DNA from: Chitinophagales bacterium
Lineage (GTDB): Bacteria > Bacteroidota > Bacteroidia > Chitinophagales > JANQFB01
Direction of reading: 5' to 3'
Length of the DNA: 64,000 nt
NCBI GenBank assembly: GCA_028278085.1
Contig: JANQFB010000055.1
Coordinates: 3,806-67,805 of the forward strand
Positions within the stretch are counted from its first letter, which is position 1. Each line of letters begins with the position of its first letter. Below, in pieces: positions 9,299 to 18,000 of this stretch. The notes under the pieces are model-generated. The model was not told the origin of the DNA. It saw only the letters and a list, made by a program, of their open reading frames with translations, and did no database searches. The position numbers and the translations under genes were made by a program.

Positions 9299-11461
9299 CT
9301 ATTGCTGGTCGATGATAAGGATCCTTTCCTTGAAAACGATCTTGTCATAATTGCTGGCTAAAACCATATATACACCAGGGTCCAGGCGGTCATTGACATC
9401 AACGGCTAATTTGGCGCCATTGTTTTCATAAACCACTAACTTGGAGAAGACTTCCCGGCCAACGACATCGGCGAGGATGATCAAAACCTCTTCTCCTTCA
9501 ACGGAACTTCCGTCCGGTAAGGCAATATTGAAAGACTCACCGCTCAATACCGGGTTGGGGAATATCTTCACACCATTCGCAGCAGTGATCACATCATTTC
9601 TAACGGTTACAACCTCCGTATAAGCAAAAGATCCGTCAAAATCGGTCTGTTTCAGCCGGTAGTAGGAAACGCCGTAATAAGGCTGGCGATCCAGGTAGGA
9701 ATAATTGGAAAGCGATGAAGTATTCCCGTTTCCATTGACAATAGCGATCTCTTCAAAAGTAAGTCCGTCGGCGCTTCTTTCCACGGAATAGAAATCGTTA
9801 TCGATCTCTGTTGCCGTTACCCAGTTCACCCGGACACCATCCGGATCTTTCAAAGCATTCAACGCTATCAATTCGATCGGCAACGGACCGCCGCCTTCAC
9901 CCAGGGGATTCACAGCGCCGCTCGACGAACCGAAAGTAAAAGGCCCGAAAGTAGAGATAGCGCCATTGGAAGTAACACTACCTGCTGCAGTGGTTCCGGA
10001 GGTGGTGCTTTGTCCGCGGTCTTGCCATTGCGATCCGTCCCAACCGCCCACTTCGATATCACCCATATTGTTGATATCACTTCTCGTTCCGTTCTCCCAG
10101 TACAAGGTTATGGAAACATTGTTACCGGTGGCAATCCGGTTCAAATCCCAATATTCGACCGTGCTGACGTTATTGAGGGCAGCCACCAAAGAGCTGGTAT
10201 TGGAGTAGGAGCCATCATGATATTCCGCTTCGAATATGGCTGCCGTCGAAGCCGGAGCACTGATGCCGATCCTGGCAAACTCGGAGCCATCGCCTACGGG
10301 AAAGGTAAAAATATCATTGCCTTCTTTCCGCATGGGACCGTCCACAAAACTTGAGCTGGAACCATTGGTCGAAGTCGCATCGTCTGAAATCGTCAGCAAG
10401 CTGCTGGCCGAACTGAATACGTTTCCATCCACCAGGCTTAAAGAGTTATCAACCCTGGTATCATCGTTCAACGTAAGGCCGGTGGCGCTTGTATTATTGA
10501 TCACCAGATCGTGGAAGGTTTCTTCGGCGGAACAAGTTAAATTCTGAGGAGCGCTGCCATCAAAAGTGATCTCGGTACCGGCCTCCACGAAAGGATCGCC
10601 GTTAGTACTGATATTGGTCCAGTCACCGGCAACGGAAATATCAAAACCTGCCGCATTCAACTGTGAGGAACCGTCGATCCTTAGGTCTCCGTCGACATTG
10701 GTATTGGCTACGAGCGTTTTGACGCCGCTGGTCTCGAAATACAAATGATGGTAGGTACTTTCCGGCGCTTTGACATTCTGAGCCCCGGCTTCCATATAGG
10801 CCACGGTATTCCCGGCAAAGGAGGCTTCAAGCTTGCCCTTCAGGCCGTTTGCCTGAAAAACATCACTTCCCGAGTTCAGGGTGCCCCGGTTATCAAACAT
10901 ACAATCGACACCTGCAGCTTTTAAATTAGCAGGGCCCAGCTTGATCGTTCCGAAATTGGTAACAACAGGATCAGCTCCACTAAGATTGTCGGCAAGGTTC
11001 ATATCCCCGCCGATCATTTGAATATCCGCAGAGGCCAGGATATCCATATCCCCTAAAATATTGATCGTAGCAATACTGGTGAAAAGTCCCGACCCATCGA
11101 GTGTGGTGGAAGAACCGGGAAAACCGATGGTTACCAAACTTGCTCCGGCCAACTCACCGTTCAGTATAATATTGCCGGTAACCGTGATCAAAAAACCGGA
11201 AGCAGACAATTTACCGCCTGTATTAATGGTTATATCGTCAATTTGTGTAAATGGCAATGCCAAAATTACTTCATCCGTACCCCTGATAACGATGTCATCC
11301 GTCAATGCGGGTACACAAACACAATCCCAGGTAGTTGGATTACTCCAGATGCCCAAGGCTGTATTGGATGTTCTGACCGCGGCAAAACCGGAGATGGTAA
11401 AGGAAATTAATGCAATGAGAATAGCAATTTGCCTTGCAAAACCGAATAGGAAAGTTTTCAT
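9299..11461 (-). CDS. T9SS-secreted surface protein, tandem paralog 4 of 4 (type-A CTD)
   Basis: The ATG at 11461 gives 'MKTFLFGFARQIAILIALISFTISGFA', a good signal peptide. The track ORF extends to 11512. Architecture matches paralogs 1-3. Only 89 nt separate it from paralog 3. Confidence 0.85.
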   Translation of the reverse strand: MKTFLFGFARQIAILIALISFTISGFAAVRTSNTALGIWSNPTTWDCVCVPALTDDIVIRGTDEVILALPFTQIDDITINTGGKLSASGFLITVTGNIILNGELAGASLVTIGFPGSSTTLDGSGLFTSIATINILGDMDILASADIQMIGGDMNLADNLSGADPVVTNFGTIKLGPANLKAAGVDCMFDNRGTLNSGSDVFQANGLKGKLEASFAGNTVAYMEAGAQNVKAPESTYHHLYFETSGVKTLVANTNVDGDLRIDGSSQLNAAGFDISVAGDWTNISTNGDPFVEAGTEITFDGSAPQNLTCSAEETFHDLVINNTSATGLTLNDDTRVDNSLSLVDGNVFSSASSLLTISDDATSTNGSSSSFVDGPMRKEGNDIFTFPVGDGSEFARIGISAPASTAAIFEAEYHDGSYSNTSSLVAALNNVSTVEYWDLNRIATGNNVSITLYWENGTRSDINNMGDIEVGGWDGSQWQDRGQSTTSGTTAAGSVTSNGAISTFGPFTFGSSSGAVNPLGEGGGPLPIELIALNALKDPDGVRVNWVTATEIDNDFYSVERSADGLTFEEIAIVNGNGNTSSLSNYSYLDRQPYYGVSYYRLKQTDFDGSFAYTEVVTVRNDVITAANGVKIFPNPVLSGESFNIALPDGSSVEGEEVLIILADVVGREVFSKLVVYENNGAKLAVDVNDRLDPGVYMVLASNYDKIVFKERILIIDQQ

Positions 11462-12072
11462 TTTTTGGGGTTTAAAGTATAGTTTGTCAAATCGCACTAT
11501 GCAAAATAACAAAATTTTTGATGTATTTGCCTCTTTCCAATCAACATTTTAACGGATATTCGGGGTCGCTTGTTTCAAAATTGTTGATTTTTTTTAACCT
11601 GTTTCGATCCGCTGGAATTTATTAAATTATTTTATGTTGAATACCAACAGTTTATGAAGAAATCTTGACCCTTCCCATATGCCGGAATTCACATGTAAAA
11701 TCGTTAAAATTTAAGGATTTTATCGAGTGTCCGATAGCCTCAAAAACGCCCCTGTTCCTCCCTGGTTTTTGGACTTGGATTGAATTACAAATTATTTATT
11801 ATCAATATTAAATGGATATTCGTAAACTTATATTTCAAAAGCCATTTTTATGATCGGTGTTTTTATCTACGTAAAAACGCTTATGTGTGAAAAAAATAGC
11901 GTAATATTATAAGGTGAATTGAAAAAAGTTATAAATTTAAAATCCTGGGAAATATGTAATTCTTCGCTTGTCCGGAATTGAAAACTGTGTACTGATCCAC
12001 TTAAACATGACTGGCATTCTTTGTTTCACCCCTAATTGATATCCATTTAAGTTAACTGAGCACACCACATAG

Positions 12073-14112
12073 ATGAGATTATCCATTTATTCTTTCCTGG
12101 TAATAACCCTTTTATCGGTACACACAAGCTTCAGCCAGAATAACCCTCCGGTTTTTAACCACGACACGGCATTTACCTTAAAAAATACCCGCCTGGTGAT
12201 CGACGTTCAGGCCAATGATTTCGACCCTGACGGCGACCCAATGAACACGGTTATCCTGGTTCATCCCAAAAATGCCGACCTGCTCGGGGCGACCAATTGT
12301 GCGGTTTCACAAGCCAGAACCCTGGCAGCCGACAGTATCGAATATTACCCCTGCGACGGCTATTGCGGCCCTGACACCATTGGCTACCGGATCTGTGATT
12401 CCCCCGGTGCATTATGCGAAGACACGGCATGGGTCTATATTTTCGTTTGTGCTCACCCGGAAGCCAACCCTGACTCTATTACGACGGATGAGGAGGTTGC
12501 CGTAACGATCGATGTACAAGATAATGACACCGACCTGGACAGCGATTCCTTGATCACCAGCCATATATCCGGCCCCTCAAACGGCAGCTTTGCCCTGATC
12601 GGGGATTCCAGTATTCAATATACACCGGATCCGAATTTCAACGGCCGCGATACGATCTTTTATGAAGTCTGTGACACGGATGGCTTGTGCGATACTTCCC
12701 TGGCGATCTTTATCATCAACCCGGTGCCGGATACACCCATGGCATTGCCCGATACGGTGATCTTGAATGAAGATGCATCTATCGTTATCCAAGTACAGTC
12801 GAATGATTCGGATGCTGACGGTGACCCGCTCACCACTAGCATCGTGATCGATGCCATGCATGGCTCCACGAATATTATCAATGGAGACAGTATCTCCTAC
12901 TCCCCCGACCAGGATTATAACGGTTTGGATACCATCGTTTACCAGGTATGCGACGGCGGGGGTTTATGCGATACGACCATTGTCAGTATAACCGTTAATC
13001 CAATGCCGGACCCACCGGTGGCGGTAAACGATACGGTGCAATTGCCGGAAGATTCAATGATCGTAATCGATGTTCAGATCAATGACAGTGATGCCGATAA
13101 CGATCCCCTGGTTTCCGCTGTATTGATCGATGCTTTGAACGGGCAAACCGCTGTTTTGGACAATGATAGCATCCAATACACCCCGGACCAGGATTACAAT
13201 GGTAACGATACGATCTTCTATACGGTTTGTGACCCGGCGCTGACCTGTGATACGGCTATGATCCTTATTACGGTAACTCCCGTTAATGACAAACCCCTGG
13301 CAGTCGATGATTCGGCCGCTTCTTCTTCCCTGAGTAATGTGGTTATTCCCGTACAGGTCAATGATAGTGATCCGGACCACGATAATTTAACGACATCTGT
13401 GATCACCCAACCGGCGAATGGTACGGCCACCGTGCTGGATAACGACAGCATTGAATTTGAGCCGGACCTGGTATTGTTCACCCATGATACCCTGGTTTAC
13501 CAGGTTTGTGACCCGGGATCGCTTTGCGATACTGCCACCGTATACCTGGTGTATAACCTGGAACCCAACCAACCCCCTGTTGCCGATGACGACAGCACCA
13601 CCACCTTCCTGGAAACAGCCAAACTGGTATTCGTTCTGTCGAATGATACGGACCCGGATGGCGATTCGCTTGAAGTGCTGATCCTCGACGGCCCGTTCAA
13701 CGGTATGGCAGTGGTGGAAAACTCCGGAGGTATAACTTATACGCCGGGGATGGGCTTTTCGGGCTTCGACAGCCTGCAATATGAGATCTGTGATGACGGA
13801 CTTCCGTCTTTATGCGATACGGCCGGCCTGCACATCGAAGTCGTATCAGGTGTTACCATTCCAAGCGGATTTTCTCCCAACGGAGATGACGTCAACGACT
13901 TTTTTATGATCCTCAACCTGGAACATTTCCCCGGCGCCATGCTACACGTGTTCAACCGATGGGGTAGCCAGGTATTTGAAAGTTCCGATTATCAGAATGA
14001 CTGGAACGGAACTAATAAAAACGGTGAAGACCTGCCTGACGGCACTTACTTTTATATACTGCAAATCGATGAAGAAACAACTTCTTCCGGACATATCACC
14101 TTACACCGCTAA
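12073..14112 (+). CDS. Cadherin/Ig-like tandem-repeat adhesin with T9SS type-B sorting domain (gliding motility-associated C-terminal domain)
   Basis: Signal peptide, then six units of about 93 aa, each with 'VQxND(S/T)DxDxDxL ... Y(T/S)PDxxxxGxDT..Y.VCD..(G)LCDT'. The C-terminus reads 'PSGFSPNGDDVNDFFMI...VFNRWGSQVF...WNG...LPDGTYFYIL'. Confidence 0.85.
   Translation: MRLSIYSFLVITLLSVHTSFSQNNPPVFNHDTAFTLKNTRLVIDVQANDFDPDGDPMNTVILVHPKNADLLGATNCAVSQARTLAADSIEYYPCDGYCGPDTIGYRICDSPGALCEDTAWVYIFVCAHPEANPDSITTDEEVAVTIDVQDNDTDLDSDSLITSHISGPSNGSFALIGDSSIQYTPDPNFNGRDTIFYEVCDTDGLCDTSLAIFIINPVPDTPMALPDTVILNEDASIVIQVQSNDSDADGDPLTTSIVIDAMHGSTNIINGDSISYSPDQDYNGLDTIVYQVCDGGGLCDTTIVSITVNPMPDPPVAVNDTVQLPEDSMIVIDVQINDSDADNDPLVSAVLIDALNGQTAVLDNDSIQYTPDQDYNGNDTIFYTVCDPALTCDTAMILITVTPVNDKPLAVDDSAASSSLSNVVIPVQVNDSDPDHDNLTTSVITQPANGTATVLDNDSIEFEPDLVLFTHDTLVYQVCDPGSLCDTATVYLVYNLEPNQPPVADDDSTTTFLETAKLVFVLSNDTDPDGDSLEVLILDGPFNGMAVVENSGGITYTPGMGFSGFDSLQYEICDDGLPSLCDTAGLHIEVVSGVTIPSGFSPNGDDVNDFFMILNLEHFPGAMLHVFNRWGSQVFESSDYQNDWNGTNKNGEDLPDGTYFYILQIDEETTSSGHITLHR
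12150..13850 (+). repeat. Six tandem coding repeats of about 279-309 nt (tandem-95-type Ig-like domains)
   Basis: The 'V(Q/L)xND' motif codons recur at about 12205, 12514, 12793, 13072, 13351 and 13633. Array boundaries are approximate. Confidence 0.7.
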
Positions 14113-14118
14113 CGGCTT

Positions 14119-15042
14119 ATGAAAAAAACGATCTTCATCATAATATTCCCGTTTTTGCTGCTTACGGCACAAGCCCAGCAGGAAGTACTTTTCAGTCAGT
14201 ATATGTTTAACGGCCTGGCCCTGAACCCAGCCTATGCCGGTAGTAATGAAGTGCTCAGCTTTACGGCCCTGTACAGAAAACAATGGGTGGGCCTCGATGG
14301 AGCCCCGGAAACCCAAACGGTCAGTTTTCATACACCCCTGAGGAATGAAAAAATAGGTCTAGGCTTACAGATCTTCCATGATAAGATCGGGATCTTTAAC
14401 CGGAATGGCGCTTACGGCAGCTATGCCTTTCACCTGCCGACCACCAATGGCGCTTTTTCCATCGGATTACAAGGAGGGATAACCTCTTACCAGGCCAGGT
14501 GGGCCGACGAAGTCACCATTTCCCCGGGCGACAACGCATTTGCCAACAACTCCGAGACCATGATCGCCCCTAATGTCGGTTTTGGCCTGTATTACCGGAC
14601 CCAAAAGTATTATGCCGGCGTTTCCATTCCCTACTTATTGGAAAACAACCTGGATTTTAATAACAATGTAACCAATGCCTCCAAAAGGTCACATCAATTC
14701 AGGCATTACTTTTTATCGGGAGGATATGTTATTGCGCTGAAACCCGATATTCAACTGAAACCCGAGATCCTGTTGAAATACGTGCAAAACGCACCCACGC
14801 AACTGGATATCAACCTCACGGCGCTATTTTATAACTCCCTTTGGGTCGGCGGAGGATTCCGGACAGACGGTTCGGTGGTATTGCTCCTGGAGTATCAATT
14901 GAACAAACAATTCAGCTTTGGATATTCATTCGATCTGTTGAGCAATCCGCTCAGAAAGGCCAATAGTGGTTCTCATGAAATTATGGTTCGATACGAATTT
15001 AGTTTTGATAAAAGCAATCTGGCACATCCGCGGTACTTTTAA
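14119..15042 (+). CDS. T9SS membrane protein, PorP/SprF family
   Basis: N-terminal 'AQQEVLFSQYMFNGLALNPAYAGS' and 'YRKQWVGLDGAP' are the PorP/SprF signature. It starts 6 nt after the type-B cargo gene. Confidence 0.85.
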   Translation: MKKTIFIIIFPFLLLTAQAQQEVLFSQYMFNGLALNPAYAGSNEVLSFTALYRKQWVGLDGAPETQTVSFHTPLRNEKIGLGLQIFHDKIGIFNRNGAYGSYAFHLPTTNGAFSIGLQGGITSYQARWADEVTISPGDNAFANNSETMIAPNVGFGLYYRTQKYYAGVSIPYLLENNLDFNNNVTNASKRSHQFRHYFLSGGYVIALKPDIQLKPEILLKYVQNAPTQLDINLTALFYNSLWVGGGFRTDGSVVLLLEYQLNKQFSFGYSFDLLSNPLRKANSGSHEIMVRYEFSFDKSNLAHPRYF

Positions 15043-15064
15043 CCGTTAAAATGTCTGTTTACAT

Positions 15065-18000
15065 ATGAAGGGAATCTCTACACTTTTACAGGGTCTTAAA
15101 TATTGTCTGGCTTTCCTGCTCTTCATTTCCTTGGCAGGCAAGGTTTTCGGTCAGGATAAAGATATTGCCCTTGGCGAAGCTTATTATGAAAATGTATCCT
15201 ACGCGAAAGCCATCGAACATTTTCTAATGGCCCTGGAAAAGGAAGAAAACCAGGAGGATGCCGAACTGATGGCTAAGCTGGCAGACTGTTACCGGTTAAC
15301 CGGCAATACCAAAGAGGCAGCCTCGTGGTATTTACAATCCGTCGATAGCGGGAAGGTCGCCGCATCGACCTCGCTACACCTGGGACAGGTATTGATGATG
15401 GAAGGGCAATATGAGGAAGCTAAAAAGTGGTTCCTGGAATATGCCAAACAAAGGCCCGGAGATCCCAGGGGTAAGGTCCTGGCCAATTCCTGTTCGAATA
15501 TCGGTCAGTACAAATCCGCTCAACGTAATTACAGCGTCAGCTCTTTGCCTTTATCCTCGGATCTGACGGCCTTTTCCCCGGCCTTTTATGGGGAAGACCT
15601 TGTTTTTGTTACGGAACGGCAGGATTTTGGCATCCGACGGAACAATACCTGGACCGGCGGCGGTATGTTGGATCTCTATGTGATCCGGAAAAATAATAAT
15701 GGGGATTGGCAAGAGCCGAAACTGTTCTCCGCTCGCCTGAAATCCTCGTTAAACGAAGGCCCGGCTACTTTCACCAGGGATGGTAAAACCATATATTTCA
15801 CCCGCAATCATAAAAGCAGCAGCGGCGAAAAGGTTAAAAAACTACAGATCTTAAGCGCCACCCGCAAGGGCGGAGGATGGAGTCAGCCCAAACCCTTGTC
15901 GATCAACAGCAAAGGCTATAATGTCGCTCACCCCAGCATTTCGGCCGACGGACAATTTTTGTATTTTATGTCGGACATGCCGGGCAGCAAAGGCGGATCG
16001 GACATATACGTTAGCCGGAAAAGCGGCGATTCGTGGGGAGCCCCGCAAAATCTAGGGTCGGAGATCAACACCAAAGGTAATGAGGCCTTCCCCTTTATTC
16101 ACCCTGACGGCACCCTGTATTTTTCATCGGATGCCCATGAAGGTATGGGCGGACTGGACATTCACATCGCCAGGAATAATAACGGTAAATGGACGCGCAT
16201 TAAGAATATGGGCTTCCCTGTAAATTCGGCAAAAGACGATTTTGGCATAATTGTTGACAAAGATTATCACAACGGTTATTTCTCTTCTAACAGATCCGAT
16301 GGTACGGATAACCTGTATAAGATCAGGATCCTCCAGAAAGACGATATCATGGCCATTCAGCCTGAAGGACTGGCCATCAGCGGAAAGCTGACCGACGACT
16401 CGGAAAGCGCGGTGGAAGGTATCAACGTTACGCTATTCAACGAGGATAAAACGGCCATTTCTTCCTTAAAAACATTAAAAGACGGTACATTCCGGTTTGA
16501 AATGCTTACCCCTGATCAGCAATATATGATCAAGGTAGATGAACCGGAAGACACGGAATTATATATCGAAATGGATCTATCCGACAACAGCGGTACGTTA
16601 GAAAGCATCGAAAGGACAAAGGTGAAAGACCATTATTTCAAGTTTGAAAAACTGCCGGCTATGCAGGAAATGATCCGGTTGCTGGGCGTGGAAGATACGG
16701 AATTGGAGATCGACGAGGGCAAACTGGGTTTTATCGGGAAAGTAACCGACCAGGATCAACAACCCCAGACCGGTGTTTCGATGATCTTGTATGATGAGAA
16801 CAGGAAAGTGATCAGCCGGACAAAAACCGACGACAAAGGCATCTTCAGATTCGAAAATCTGCCGGCCGACGTCAATTATATGTTCCAGATCGATGACGAA
16901 AACGATGCCGGATTCCTGGTCGACATGTTTATGCAAGATGATAAAGGAGGGCTGCTTAAAATGATCACCAGGAGGAGCAAAGACGGTATGTTCCTTTTCG
17001 AGAACCTGCCGGCCTCATCGGCCTTGCTTTCCATGATGGAAGTGGAAGATACGGAATTGAGCGTCGATGATGGAGAGCTGGCCATTTTTGGTAAGATCGC
17101 CGATGGATCACAGCTACCCCAGGGAGGGGTTTCCTTGTCTTTATATGATGAGAACAGAAAAGTGATCCAGCGAACCCAAACGGATGATAAAGGCATTTTC
17201 AAATTTGAAAACCTGCCTTCCGACAAAAACTACCGGATCAAGATCGATGAAGCCGACGATTCGGGTTTCCTCGTGGATATGTTTATGCGCGATGATCAGG
17301 GTAATACTATAAAACTGATCAAGAGCAAGGATGCCGAGGGTATGTTCGCCTTCGAAAACCTTCCCGCAGCACTTACCGATATGGCTTTAATGGCGGTAGA
17401 AGATACCGATCTGTTTATTGACGAAGGAAATATCGGCCTCAAAGGAATGGTAACCGATCCGTCTAAAAATCCGCAGGAAGGGGTGAACATGGTCTTACTC
17501 GACGAGAACAGGAAAGTGATCAGCCGCACAAAAACCAACGATAAAGGGCAATTCATTTTTGAAAACCTGCCTTCCGATATGAATTATATGATCATGGTCG
17601 ATGAAGAAAATGATGCCGGCTTCCTGGTCGATATGTTCATGGAAGATGATAAAGGCAATACCACCCGCCTGCGGAAGCGCAAGAATGCCGATGGCCTCTA
17701 TATCTTTGAAAACCTCCCGGCAGCCTCCGCTATGTTGAGCATGCTGGGCGTTGAAGACACGGAATTAAAAGCCGATGAAGGTAATTTTGGCATCTTCGGA
17801 AAAGTCGGCGATGAAAATAGCCCCGTCAGGGAAGGTGTAAAAATGGCATTGACCGATGAAAACGGTAATATTATTGCCCGGACAACCACCGATAGCAAAG
17901 GGATCTTTAAATTCGAAAACCTGCCTTCCGACAAAAACTACCGGATCAAGATCGACGAAGCCGATGACCAAGGCTTCCTGGTCGATATGTTTATGGCCGA

